Origin: Candidatus Bathyarchaeota archaeon | Lineage (GTDB): Archaea; Thermoproteota; Bathyarchaeia; Bathyarchaeales; Bathycorpusculaceae | Assembly: GCA_963702095.1 (NCBI GenBank) | Contig: OY969706.1 | Location: 384,001-448,000, forward strand | DNA length: 64,000 nucleotides | Direction of reading: 5' to 3' | In this document: positions 37,848 to 48,154 of the stretch, in pieces | Layout of the letters: the number at the start of each line of letters is the position of its first letter | Position numbering within the stretch: the first letter of the stretch is position 1 | Made by a program: the position numbers and the translations under genes | Notes under the pieces: generated by a model | The model's database searches: none | What the model saw: the letters and a program-made list of their open reading frames with translations, nothing else | Told to the model about the DNA's origin: nothing

Positions 37848-37928
37848 GTGTCAAACGGTTTTTCCTAGAGACCTTTATTATTCACGCCAGCAATCACCTT
37901 TTCAATTAGCATTCAAGGTGAATCTCGC

Positions 37929-39113
37929 ATGAAGGTATTGTTAAACGATGGTTTAGAGAAAGAAGGCTTAGCCATATTCCAGCAAGCCGGCATCGAAACA
38001 GACACAAAAAAGCGGGACGCAGCCAAGTTAGTTGCGGAAATCAAAGAGTTTGACGCCCTCGTGGTACGAAGCGCCACTAAAGTCACCCGCGAAATCATCG
38101 AGGCAGGCGCCAAAGGAAAACTCAAAATCATCGGACGCGCAGGCGTAGGATACGACAACATCGACGCTGCAGCAGCATCAGAATTCGGTGTACTCGTAAA
38201 AATCGCTCCGTACGGTAGCAGCAACGCCGTCGCAGAGTTAGCCATAGGCTTAATGTTGGCGGTCTCGCGGAATACGCCGCAAGCACATCACTCCCTCAAA
38301 AATGGGGTTTGGATAAAAAAGAAGTTTCAAGGCAGAGAACTCAACGGCAAAACCCTCGCCCTCATAGGTTGCGGCAGAATCGGACAGAAAGTCGCTCAGA
38401 TGGCTAAATTGGGCTTTAACATGGAAGTGGTGGGTTTTGACATTAAACCTTGCCCGGAAAGCGGCATTAAATTCCTCGCAACCAAAGAGGAAGTGCTGCA
38501 GAAAGCGGACTACATCAGCGTCCACACAGGCGGCAAAGACGTCATCATAGGCGCCAAAGAACTCGCCCTAATGAAGCCAACCGCCTACATCATCAACACC
38601 AGCAGAGGCAACAACATCGACCAACAAGCCCTCTTCACGATGCTTAAAGATGGTAAAATCGGTGGCTACGCAACCGACGTCTACAAAGAAGAGCCTAAAG
38701 CCGAAGGCGACGTGTTCATCGACAAACTAAAAGAACTCGACAACGTCGTCTTAAGCAGTCACCTTGGCGCGTCTACGGTGGAGGCGCAACAGGAAACAGC
38801 CACTGAAATGGCACGTGTCTTAACCGGCTACCTCATGGGTGGCGACTTCACCAATTCCGTCAACGCAGGCGAATCCATCGAAACTGAAGAAAAACAGGTG
38901 TACACCCTTTTCATACACCACAAAGACGTCCCAGGAGTCTTCGCTAACATCGACAAAGTCCTCGCCGACGACAACATAAACATCCGCGCCAACTACAGCC
39001 GCCAAATCAACAAGGGCTATGCCATCAGCGTCTACGTGCTCCACCAAGAAGCCACAGCTGAGATCGTGGGCAAACTGAAAGCTGTTCCCAACGTCTGCAA
39101 CGTTAAATTCTAA
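37929..39113 (+). CDS. serA: D-3-phosphoglycerate dehydrogenase with ACT domain
   Basis: RAGVGYDNID, GCGRIG, INTSRG, DVYKEEP, HLGAST, and C-terminal HKDVPGV ACT domain. Confidence 0.9.
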   Translation: MKVLLNDGLEKEGLAIFQQAGIETDTKKRDAAKLVAEIKEFDALVVRSATKVTREIIEAGAKGKLKIIGRAGVGYDNIDAAAASEFGVLVKIAPYGSSNAVAELAIGLMLAVSRNTPQAHHSLKNGVWIKKKFQGRELNGKTLALIGCGRIGQKVAQMAKLGFNMEVVGFDIKPCPESGIKFLATKEEVLQKADYISVHTGGKDVIIGAKELALMKPTAYIINTSRGNNIDQQALFTMLKDGKIGGYATDVYKEEPKAEGDVFIDKLKELDNVVLSSHLGASTVEAQQETATEMARVLTGYLMGGDFTNSVNAGESIETEEKQVYTLFIHHKDVPGVFANIDKVLADDNINIRANYSRQINKGYAISVYVLHQEATAEIVGKLKAVPNVCNVKF

Positions 39114-39242
39114 ATGAAAATCGTTTTTTCCTTTCTTTTATTTTTGCAGCTGATTTGAAGTAGGCGCGCGGGGTTTAGTCAAGAAACCTTTACGGAAAAC
39201 GATATAACCCAAAGCACAAACACCCATAAACGGTAATAGGGA

Positions 39243-39824
39243 ATGGACAAAAAAACTTTTGTCGCCAGCACCGTAGTGATAGTGGTTGTCTGCCTATCTG
39301 TCAGCGCCTTCTTTTACTGCCAAATCAGCAGCCTCCAAACCCAAAAAGACCAACTCACACGCCAAGCCACTGCATTGCAAGAGCAGAACAGCACCCTCCA
39401 AGCCCAACTCGCCGAGCTTCAACTGCAAAACCGCGAGCAACAGGAACGCTTAAGCGACTACACCCTTCAACTTGTCCTCCAACGGCATCTAAACGTGGAA
39501 ATCATAGGTGCCTACTGCAGTGGCGGATGGAGCCCCCTTGGAGGCGTGACTGTAAGCTACCCAGCCAACGCAACAATAGCCAACCGCGATGTTGTTCCGC
39601 TTTATGGGTTAGTGATATCCTTTCGTTTCGTCGATAGGGACAGTGGCAGACAGATTGGGGAAGAGATGACCATAAAAGTTGACCGAATTAATGCGGGAGA
39701 AAGCAAAGTCGCGGTGGGCAGTGTCTTAGCTTCCTTGAACACAAATGTAGATAACGCCGTCTGCAAGATTGTGCTCTCCAAAGGCGACATCGTCTTAGAC
39801 CAGTGGACACAGGAACTAAATTAA
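39243..39824 (+). CDS. Membrane-anchored coiled-coil + Ig-like hypothetical protein
   Basis: TM helix, Gln/Leu heptads, beta-rich C-terminal domain. Confidence 0.75.
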   Translation: MDKKTFVASTVVIVVVCLSVSAFFYCQISSLQTQKDQLTRQATALQEQNSTLQAQLAELQLQNREQQERLSDYTLQLVLQRHLNVEIIGAYCSGGWSPLGGVTVSYPANATIANRDVVPLYGLVISFRFVDRDSGRQIGEEMTIKVDRINAGESKVAVGSVLASLNTNVDNAVCKIVLSKGDIVLDQWTQELN

Positions 39825-39877
39825 GCAGCGTCCTTTCTAATTGTGTATATAAGCGGGTTTTTACGTTAACGGTAACC

Positions 39878-40558
39878 ATGAGACTTGGCGTGCTATTTTC
39901 AGGCGGCAAAGACTCCACCCTTGCCCTGCACATGGCGGCAGAGAAAGAAACAGTAGCCTGCCTAATCACCGTGGTCTCCGCTAACAAGGAGAGCTACATG
40001 TTCCACACGCCAAACATCGATATGACAGCGTTGCAGGCTGAAGCATTGGGGTTGCCGCTGGTCTCAGTGCCCACTGCCGGGCGGAAGGAGGAGGAACTCG
40101 CCGACCTCGAACAAGCCATCAAAGAAGCCAAACGCCGCTACCAAATCGAAGGCGTCGTCACAGGCGCAGTCGAATCCGTCTATCAGGCAACGCGGGTTCA
40201 ACGCATCTGCAGCCATCTCGACCTCTGGCAATTCAACCCGCTATGGAAAAAAAACCAGAAGGCGCTTCTCGAAACACTCCTTGCAAAACGTTTCCATGTA
40301 GTCATTTCGGGGGTTTTCGCTTATCCGCTCGACCAAAGCTGGCTCGGCAAACCCCTTGACGCAGACATGATTGCGCGACTGGTGGAGTTGCAGGGCAAAT
40401 ATGGCATCAGTCCCTCGGGGGAAGGCGGCGAAATCGAGACGACGGTGATGGATGCGCCGATGTTCAAGAAAAAAATCGAGACAACCGACTCCACGGCTCA
40501 GTGGCTTAGGGACTCTGGCACCTACATCATTAAGCATGCGAGGCTGGCACCCAAATGA
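39878..40558 (+). CDS. dph6: Diphthine--ammonia ligase
   Basis: PP-loop SGGKDS, SYMFH, GAVESVYQ, PLW and GEGGEIET motifs. Confidence 0.92.
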   Translation: MRLGVLFSGGKDSTLALHMAAEKETVACLITVVSANKESYMFHTPNIDMTALQAEALGLPLVSVPTAGRKEEELADLEQAIKEAKRRYQIEGVVTGAVESVYQATRVQRICSHLDLWQFNPLWKKNQKALLETLLAKRFHVVISGVFAYPLDQSWLGKPLDADMIARLVELQGKYGISPSGEGGEIETTVMDAPMFKKKIETTDSTAQWLRDSGTYIIKHARLAPK

Positions 40559-41100
40559 TTCTCGTAGTAGACATGAATTGGAAGCCTGATTCATTGGCTT
40601 ACACTGAGTTTGTGTCGCCCATCCTTGCTGTGGTGGAGCCACTTGAGGCATGCACAGTTAAGCATTACTCTGAGGTTGAGCCAGCGGAAATAACCAGTTA
40701 CAGCCACATTATCCTCTCGGGCACCACACTCAAAGACTTCGCTTTCTTAGAAAACCTCCGCCGCTTCAACTGGATAAAAACCTATGACAAACCCGTTCTG
40801 GGCATCTGCGCAGGCATGCAAACCATCCTCCAAATCTACGGCGAACCACTCGCCCCATGCACACAGGTCGGAATGACCGAAATCACAACAACAAAACCCA
40901 ACCCCCTATTCGACGGAGTCTTCCAAGCCTACACGCTGCATAGCTACACCGCCAAACCCGGCGGCGGCATCTTTGAGTTTCTCGCAAAATCCGCACAGTG
41001 CATCCAAGCCATCAAACACAAACAGAAACCCATCTACGGCGTACTCTTCCACCCCGAGGTGCGAAACCAAGAAATCCTAAGGCGCTTTGTTAAAGGTTAA
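40555..41100 (+). CDS. Stand-alone class I glutamine amidotransferase
   Basis: IILSG, PVLGICAGMQ (Cys nucleophile), YGVLFHPE (His-Glu); ATGA overlap with dph6. Confidence 0.9.
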   Translation: MILVVDMNWKPDSLAYTEFVSPILAVVEPLEACTVKHYSEVEPAEITSYSHIILSGTTLKDFAFLENLRRFNWIKTYDKPVLGICAGMQTILQIYGEPLAPCTQVGMTEITTTKPNPLFDGVFQAYTLHSYTAKPGGGIFEFLAKSAQCIQAIKHKQKPIYGVLFHPEVRNQEILRRFVKG

Positions 41101-41236
41101 CCTCACCCAATCAGTCATATACATCCACTACTAAACTCAAAGTTAGGCAGGACTTTTCACTCCGTATTACCCCTTGGCAAAAACAGTTAAAAGCCAAAAC
41201 CGTATTCTTCTAATTTAGTTCTTCGGAGGTTTTTGT

Positions 41237-43663
41237 TTGGTTGATAAATTACCAGTAGAAAAATTACGGAATACCTGTGACACTAACATTCTTCATTGTA
41301 CAACCACTAAAGAGTTAACCCCCCTTACAGAAATTATTGGGCAAGATCGCGCGGTCCGAGCCCTCAAATTTGGGTTAGGCATAAAAAACCATGGTTTCAA
41401 CGTGTACGTCGCCGGCTACCCTGGGACCGGTCGCAAAACGGCGGTGAAGAGTTTTGTGGAAGCCCAAGCCAAAATCCAGCCTGTTCCCTCGGATTGGTGC
41501 TACGTCAACAACTTCAGCAACCCCTATGAACCCACCGCTATCCAGTTGGCATCAGGCAGAGGCAAAGAGTTCCGCGATGACATGAAAAACTTTATTGAAA
41601 ACGTCAAAAACACCTTGCCTAAAACGTTTGAAAGCGAAGACTACGTGGCTCGACGCGAAGCTACCCTGCGGGGACTGGAGAGTCAACGCAAAAGCCTAAT
41701 CGACGAACTCAACGCGAAAGCTCAGCAAGAGGGCTTCGTAATTCAAACCACCCCGGTTGGGTTACTTCTTATCCCCGTTTTAGATGGCAAACCGCTAAGC
41801 GAAGAAGAAATGCTTGCGCTTCCCCAAAAAATCAAAGACAAACTAGCTGAGAAACGTGAAAAACTTGAAGTTGAATTCCGCAACGCCATGCGGCAGCTCA
41901 TCAATATGGAACAGCAAATCCATGATACCTTAAAAAAACTCAACAAGGACGTGGCGCTCTACGCCATCGGCACCCAAATCCAGAGTTTAATGGAGAAGTA
42001 CCGCACCAACCTCGAAGTCACCGCTTACCTAAAAGCCGTGGAAAACGATATCCTCGACAACCTCCAGCGTTTCGCCCGTCGAGACGGCCCGCAGCAGGAG
42101 CAGCAGATGCCCTTTGCTTTGCCTTGGATGCGCGGTGAGGAACCCTACAAAAAATATGAGATAAACGTAGTCATAGATAACTCGGAGACCAAAGGTGCGC
42201 CGGTCGTGGTGGAAACCAACCCCACTTACCCTAACCTGCTGGGTAAAACCGAGAAGGAAGCCCAGTTCGGCGCGTTAACCACGGATTTCAGCATGATTCG
42301 GGGCGGCAGCATCCACAAAGCCAACGGCGGATACCTCATCATCCCCGTCGAAGACCTCTTGCGCAACCCCCTCTCCTACGACGGTTTAAAACGCGACATC
42401 AAAGAAGGCAAAATGTCCATTGAAGAACCCGAAGAACGCTACGGCTTCTTAAGCATAAAAACACTCAAACCCAAACCCATACCATTAACAGCCAAAGTCA
42501 TCTTAATCGGCGACCCCAACCTCTACCAAATGATGTTTAGCCTAGACCCCGACTTCCGTGAACTCTTCAAAATCAAAGCTGAATTCGACACCACTATGCC
42601 ACGCAACGACGAAAAAATCCAGTTGTACGCCGCGTTTGTCTGTAGCCTCTGCGAACACGAGGGGCTTAGGCACCTTGACAGCGGCGGCTTAGCTAAACTC
42701 ATCGAGTACAGTTCACGCATAATTGAAGACCAATACAAGCTTTCCACGCAATTCAGCGCCATAGCCGACATCATCCGCGAAGCCAACTACTACGCAGAAC
42801 AGGACAACGCTGAATTCATCACTGCCGTCCACATCAATAAAGCCATTGAAGAGCGAATCTACCGCAGCAAACTCATCCAAGAAAAAATCCAGGAAATGAT
42901 CGCCCGCGGCTTCTTTCTCATTGACACCAAAGAGGCGAAAGTGGGACAAGTCAACGGATTATCGGTCATGGGACTCGGCGACTTCGCGTTTGGCACGCCG
43001 TCACGCGTCACAGCCAGCATCGGGTTGGGCCGTGAAGGCGTCATCGACATTGAACGCGAAGCCAAAATGGGCGGACCCATCCACACCAAAGGCGTCCTCA
43101 TCCTAAGCGGCTACATCAACGACAAATACGCCCGCGACAAGCCACTAAGCCTCAGCGCACGACTCGTATTCGAACAGAGCTACGAGGGCGTGGAAGGCGA
43201 CAGCGCGTCGAGCACTGAACTCTACAGTATCCTCTCTGCACTCGGCGGACTCCCCGTAAGGCAGAACATCGCCGTAACAGGCTCCGTCAACCAGAAGGGT
43301 GAAGTGCAAGCCATCGGCGGCGTCAACGAAAAAATCGAGGGCTTCTACGAAGTTGCCAAAGCCAAAGGCTTAACGGGTGAACAGGGCGTCATGATTCCAG
43401 AAAGCAACGTCCAGAACCTGATGCTCAAAGAAGAAGTGCTCGACGCGGTGAGGGCGGGCAAATTCAGCATTTACTCGGTTAAAAACATCGACGAAGGCAT
43501 CGAAGTCTTAACAGGCGCCAAAGCTGGGCAGCGACGGGCAGACGGCTCATTCGAAGAGGGTACGGTTAACTATCTTGTTGATAAGCAGTTGCGGGATATG
43601 GCGGAGAAACTAAAAGAGTATCCCTCTGTTGAGTTTAAACCGAGAAAGCTAGAGGAACAATAG
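41237..43663 (+). CDS. Lon-family (LonC-like) protease
   Basis: IIGQDRA, degenerate Walker A GYPGTGRKT, ANGGYL, Ser-Lys dyad GDSAS...NEKIEG; no TM insert. Confidence 0.93.
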   Translation: MVDKLPVEKLRNTCDTNILHCTTTKELTPLTEIIGQDRAVRALKFGLGIKNHGFNVYVAGYPGTGRKTAVKSFVEAQAKIQPVPSDWCYVNNFSNPYEPTAIQLASGRGKEFRDDMKNFIENVKNTLPKTFESEDYVARREATLRGLESQRKSLIDELNAKAQQEGFVIQTTPVGLLLIPVLDGKPLSEEEMLALPQKIKDKLAEKREKLEVEFRNAMRQLINMEQQIHDTLKKLNKDVALYAIGTQIQSLMEKYRTNLEVTAYLKAVENDILDNLQRFARRDGPQQEQQMPFALPWMRGEEPYKKYEINVVIDNSETKGAPVVVETNPTYPNLLGKTEKEAQFGALTTDFSMIRGGSIHKANGGYLIIPVEDLLRNPLSYDGLKRDIKEGKMSIEEPEERYGFLSIKTLKPKPIPLTAKVILIGDPNLYQMMFSLDPDFRELFKIKAEFDTTMPRNDEKIQLYAAFVCSLCEHEGLRHLDSGGLAKLIEYSSRIIEDQYKLSTQFSAIADIIREANYYAEQDNAEFITAVHINKAIEERIYRSKLIQEKIQEMIARGFFLIDTKEAKVGQVNGLSVMGLGDFAFGTPSRVTASIGLGREGVIDIEREAKMGGPIHTKGVLILSGYINDKYARDKPLSLSARLVFEQSYEGVEGDSASSTELYSILSALGGLPVRQNIAVTGSVNQKGEVQAIGGVNEKIEGFYEVAKAKGLTGEQGVMIPESNVQNLMLKEEVLDAVRAGKFSIYSVKNIDEGIEVLTGAKAGQRRADGSFEEGTVNYLVDKQLRDMAEKLKEYPSVEFKPRKLEEQ

Positions 43664-43792
43664 TCTTTTGCCCTTTTTTTGTTGGCTGCTTTGGCAGTGC
43701 CAAGTCGGCGGCTCCACAGAAAAGCAGCTTTTTCCATGCCAACAAACCTATTAGTGGCGGACAATTGGTATATTATAGGTGGTTTTTTAGAA

Positions 43793-44377
43793 TTGCAAGC
43801 TATCGGAATAGTGTTGTTGATCCTTAGTGTCGGTTTAATTGTGGCACCGGTCGGCGTCATGGCATGTGTGCACCGCAACGATTTATCGGGGCTGGTTTAT
43901 CCCAACCAAGTCCGGGGCTTACTGCATGGAGACACAAGCTTCATCCTAAACCAGAACAGCAGAAACAACCCAAACTCTATCCTATACAACCTGGTCGCGC
44001 CCAACTTTGTAGATGCAACCGTTAACGAAACCTCCAAAGCCTTCGTTGTAAAAATCAACGTAACAAACCCCCTCACCTTTGCCCTAACATTGAAAACTTT
44101 TAGCACTCAGGTGCAGACTCCCAACGGCCAAGAAATGGCATCCATAACCATACATAAACCGGTCACACTCTGCCCGGACCGAAGCACCATCATCCAAGTT
44201 GACGGCGCATGGACGCAAACCGGAGAATGCTACCTCTACGCTCACAAAGCGGATTCATCCATAACCATCTGCATCGCCAACATAGTTGTAGACGTCAACG
44301 GCTTAAAAGTGGAAAGAGACACACCGCTCCCCATTACAATCCCCATATCGTTTGCAGAAGTCGCTTTCACTGATTAA
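43793..44377 (+). CDS. Membrane-anchored LEA_2/WHy-like protein
   Basis: N-terminal TM helix; INVTNPLTFALTL motif. Confidence 0.65.
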   Translation: MQAIGIVLLILSVGLIVAPVGVMACVHRNDLSGLVYPNQVRGLLHGDTSFILNQNSRNNPNSILYNLVAPNFVDATVNETSKAFVVKINVTNPLTFALTLKTFSTQVQTPNGQEMASITIHKPVTLCPDRSTIIQVDGAWTQTGECYLYAHKADSSITICIANIVVDVNGLKVERDTPLPITIPISFAEVAFTD

Positions 44378-44389
44378 ACTGATTTAAAC

Positions 44390-44986
44390 ATGGCTAAACA
44401 ACTCAACTACATTGCACTATTTGCAGGTATCCTATCTCTGATACTGATTGCCGTCTCAATGTACGTTCCCTGGTGGGTATTCACCGTAGGCGACCCAGCA
44501 ATCGCCACAGTCAACTTTTCACCGGTCAACTTCAACTTCTCCCTTTTTGACACCTTGCTTGTTGTGCCCCTGATTTGGGCTCTTAACCTCGCATGCCTAC
44601 TTATATTGCTCGCAGGCGGCATCGCCATGCTTATCTACTCGGCGTTTCCCACCAAAACCTACGCTAAACCCCTGCTTGGATTTGGATACAGAAAACCCCT
44701 CTACGCAGTCATCCTCTTCATAGCTGAACTCGTTGTCCTCTACTCCGCTGCCACAGTGTTGACGGGCGTTGGGTTCCCACTTGCGGGTTCAGGCGCAATG
44801 CAGTTGCCCGCTCAACTAGCACCCGGCGACATAACCGTCAGCGTAAACGTTTCCGCTGCGTTTGGCTGGACCTTCTACTTTGCCATCGCTGTGGCGGCGC
44901 TCTGTATCGTAGCAAGATTTTACCACAAGAAAGTGGTGTCGCAATCGGCTAGGACTGGTTTGGCTGCTAAGAACTTGGGTATGTAA
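44390..44986 (+). CDS. Four-TM membrane protein
   Basis: PWW after TM1 and GWTFY before the last TM helix. Confidence 0.8.
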   Translation: MAKQLNYIALFAGILSLILIAVSMYVPWWVFTVGDPAIATVNFSPVNFNFSLFDTLLVVPLIWALNLACLLILLAGGIAMLIYSAFPTKTYAKPLLGFGYRKPLYAVILFIAELVVLYSAATVLTGVGFPLAGSGAMQLPAQLAPGDITVSVNVSAAFGWTFYFAIAVAALCIVARFYHKKVVSQSARTGLAAKNLGM

Positions 44987-45043
44987 CCAAGTTTCGTGTT
45001 TCTTTATATGCTTTTTAAGGGATACTGTGCTATCGATGTCACG

Positions 45044-45673
45044 ATGTCAACAAAAACCGCACAGAAACTCCAACATGAACTCCGCAGCCTCCAAGGCCTC
45101 GCAATAATCAACTTGATGTGCAGCGCATTAGCGTTTGCCTTCGGTGCGTACTTCTTGATGCCCAACCTCATCCAAGCAGCAACAACCCTTACTATTCCGC
45201 CAATCGAACAGATAGGGTTGATGGTGCTGGGTGGTTTAGCTTTCGGGGTTGCCTTCAAATGGTTGCTGTCTACCATACCGATTATGGAGGTTGCCTTCGA
45301 CCTTAGCAACAGCCTAAAAAAACAGGAAAAAGACAAAGCCTTAGACGACACCGCATTAACAGGCTTAATCGTCGGGTTAACTGCTGCCTACCGAGAAAAC
45401 AAACCCACCCTCAAACTGATGGCTACAATCAGCAAAGTAGCCGGCGTCCTCTTCGCACTGGCAGCGACCGCATCCCTAATCTCCATAGCCATAGGCGCAT
45501 CTGACACAGCACTCTGGATGGGACTCGTAAATGCCGCCATCAACTACGCAGTAGCAGCCGCATGCTACATCATCCCCCACTTCTTCAAAAACTACTCCTC
45601 AGTTTGGGACCAGCGACTATTGCAGACCGCAAAAGCAGAAGCAGAACTCCAAAAAGCCCTAGGAGACGCCTAA
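45044..45673 (+). CDS. Four-TM membrane protein
   Basis: Hydrophobic helices; translationally coupled to the downstream HTH gene. Confidence 0.75.
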   Translation: MSTKTAQKLQHELRSLQGLAIINLMCSALAFAFGAYFLMPNLIQAATTLTIPPIEQIGLMVLGGLAFGVAFKWLLSTIPIMEVAFDLSNSLKKQEKDKALDDTALTGLIVGLTAAYRENKPTLKLMATISKVAGVLFALAATASLISIAIGASDTALWMGLVNAAINYAVAAACYIIPHFFKNYSSVWDQRLLQTAKAEAELQKALGDA

Positions 45674-45943
45674 ATGAAGCGCACCCACTACGAAATCTTC
45701 TGGGAAATCCTAACCTTCTGCCGAACCCCGCGGTCTTTCACCAGCATAATCAACCGCTGCAACCTCAACTCCAAAATCGGGCAAACCCACCTGGACTTCC
45801 TCAAACAGAGGCATTTTCTGGCGGAAGTCGAAAAAGACGGAATGAAACTGCTCAAGTCAACTGAGCAAGCAGGCGAATACATTGCCCTGTTCAACAAAAC
45901 GTACCGCCAACTCTTCGACGACACCCCAGAATTTCGGCTATAA
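45674..45943 (+). CDS. Archaeal winged-helix transcription regulator (HTH_45-like)
   Basis: KRTHYEIFWEIL...TSIINRCNLN...HLDFL...TEQAGEYI. Confidence 0.85.
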   Translation: MKRTHYEIFWEILTFCRTPRSFTSIINRCNLNSKIGQTHLDFLKQRHFLAEVEKDGMKLLKSTEQAGEYIALFNKTYRQLFDDTPEFRL

Positions 45944-45978
45944 GCATGATGCTCAACAACCTGAAATCCTAATCACTG

Positions 45979-46297
45979 ATGGGCTTCCAAGTTAATCAGG
46001 AGCATGTGAACAAGCATTACCTGATACTGATAACATCCGTAAAATCACCTTTTAGACGGAAAGTACACAACAATAACAAGATGGAACGGCTAAACGGAAC
46101 TATCAGAGATAGAGAAAAGACTATGCGAGGACTCAAAAAGAAACGTACAGTCATACTGCAAGGCTACCAACTCTATCATAACTATATTCGTCCGCATGAA
46201 GCATTAGATGGGAAAACTCCCGCCGACCTATGTGGAATCGACAACAAGGAAAAAACAAATGGATTACATTGATTCAGAACGATAGTAGAAAATCTTA
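45979..46297 (+). pseudogene. DDE transposase C-terminal fragment (archaeal IS6-like)
   Basis: NNKMERLNGTIRDREKTMRGLK...YHNYIRPHEALDGKTPA; shifted frame continues GKNKWITLIQN; N-terminal half absent. Confidence 0.85.
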
Positions 46298-46324
46298 AAT
46301 TTTCTACGCTTCAAATTAAGTATT

Positions 46325-46802
46325 ATGTCAACAGAACGCCAAATTGCCATTATCAGAGATGTTGTTGTTTCAAGAGATTCTCAAAACAGGTTTGACTTGT
46401 TTTTTACAGATAGGCGTATTGCCATAATTTATGTAGGCGGTAAGGGCGAAAGATTCTATGGCACTGGTGGTTTAATTGGTAGCTTAGTGGGAGAGGGAAT
46501 AACTACCCTGAACAAAAAAATTGCGAACGATAACCTTAAGGAAACCGGAAGATAATATGGAAAATTTTTCGCTAGATGAATTATTAGCAATGGAAAAAAG
46601 AAACTGTTTCTACACTTATGATGAAATCGAGGAAATAAAGCTCTATGCGATGAAGCGAGGGTTCTTTAAATTTATAATACTGAGCGAAGAATGTGAAGGC
46701 GAGTTTTCGCCAAATCAAGAGAAATATACACAATTATGTGGTTTATTACCCAGTATAGAAGCTTTAAAAGGAAAAATAAATGACATACCTGTGAAGTGGT
46801 AA
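46325..46802 (+). pseudogene. Frameshifted hypothetical protein (PH-like), IS passenger
   Basis: Two overlapping ORFs (46325-46555 and 46521-46802) that read as one protein: DLFFTDRRIAI...LDELLAMEKRNCFYTYDEIEEI. Confidence 0.6.
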
Positions 46803-46972
46803 CCGACTTTTTACATGGAGAAGATTTTACCGAAGACTTGACAGAACCCTTTATCCAATTATATAACTGGGGGTTCGAGACTCAGAGGTCTAAAGTATGG
46901 GGGTTAGTTGTTTAAATTAGGTATTTGAATAGGGATTTTCTAAAAATTTCAGTTAATGGTTGGGCAACTGGG

Positions 46973-47176
46973 TTATTGTTTTGTTGTTTCGGTTTGGGTT
47001 GTTTTTGTTATTATTATTGTTTGGTCTTTTATTTCGTAGTGTACTTTTTCGTTTTCTTTGAAGGGGAATGTGGCGTCTCTGGATAGTTCGGTTGGGGTGT
47101 AGAAGAAGAATCTGTCGTAGGTTTTTTTGCCGGTTTTTGTTTTTCTGTTGATGGATGTTCCTGTACCGGTTTTCAT
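46973..47176 (-). CDS. AbrB/SpoVT-like small DNA-binding protein
   Basis: YDRFFFYTPTELSRDATFPFKENEKVHYEI...IIITK swapped-hairpin pattern. Confidence 0.7.
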   Translation of the reverse strand: MKTGTGTSINRKTKTGKKTYDRFFFYTPTELSRDATFPFKENEKVHYEIKDQTIIITKTTQTETTKQ

Positions 47177-47296
47177 TTTTGGTCCTTATTTGGGTACATA
47201 ATGTTTGTTCACAAATGACCTTTTCCAGTTCATAAATTATGTACAAAAATTAGTAGTAAACACTTATTAGCACACACAACCTAATAAACACAAAAT

Positions 47297-48154
47297 ATGA
47301 AGAGCCTAACCACCCAAAACCAGCACAACCAAACGAGCTTAAACAAAATCAATAATTCGCCACACAGCTTAGCTAAAAATTTTGAGGGAGCTCAGATTCT
47401 GATGGGCTTGGGTCTGACTGAGCGACAGGCACGTGTGTACTTAACGCTGCTCCGAACTGCCACCGCAAAGGCGCGAACGGTTGCAATATACGCAGGCGTC
47501 CCCCGTCAAGAAGCGTATGGTTTGCTTTTAGAGCTACAACAGAGGGGGATAGTTCACAAAAACTTGACGGATCCTGTGTTAGCTATGGTGCGGTGCCGTT
47601 TGCTGAAGCTGTAAAGATGTTGTTTGCGGTAAAGGCTAGCGAGTTAACGTTGATTTCTCAGAAGGCAAAATATGTGACGGAAAAATTCAGCCATAACCCG
47701 CCAGCCCTTGCGGTGGTGGAGTCGCCTCTGCCCTGTTTTGGTACAGTCAGCGAGGGGGAGAGGGGCAAAAAGTATGCTGCTGCTTTGGTGGGGGTGGAGG
47801 GTTGTGTTGAGTTGGTTTGTAGTTGGGGGCGTTTTAGGCAGTTGTGTTTTTATTTTGAGGCTGAATTGAAGGCGGCGCTTGGGAGGGGTGTGCGGGTGCG
47901 TGTGGTTGTTGAGAAGCCGCCTAGGTATTCTTATCCGAAATGGATCAGCGCACATAATAATCCCGCTTTTGAGGTGCGAACCATGCCCAATCTGCCTGCG
48001 GCTGTCATCGCAGTTTTTGATGGCACAGAGGTGGCGGTTGCGTTTGATGGGGGCTGTCCGTTTGGCAAGTGGACCTGATTTGTGGAGTCGGCATGTGGGT
48101 TTGGTTGCGGTGTGTCGGGGCTATTTTGATGGGCTTTGGGCTGTTTTGGGGTGA
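47297..48154 (+). pseudogene. TrmB-family regulator with two frameshifts
   Basis: LGLTERQARVYLTLL...VPRQEAY..L.EL...GIV HTH; frames shift near 47575 (GTGT) and at G5 48049-48053. Confidence 0.8.

Larger units (their letters stand above)
45979..46848 (+). mobile_element. IS6-family remnant with passenger gene and right inverted repeat
   Basis: Transposase C-terminal fragment; ACTTGACAGAACC (46836-46848), reverse complement GGTTCTGTCAAGT, resembles IS6 ends; AT-rich block. Confidence 0.65.

Noticed and set aside
46869-46885. GGGGTTCGAGACTC as a tRNA T-arm or att remnant
   Set aside because: No acceptor stem and no match to any tRNA in the window.
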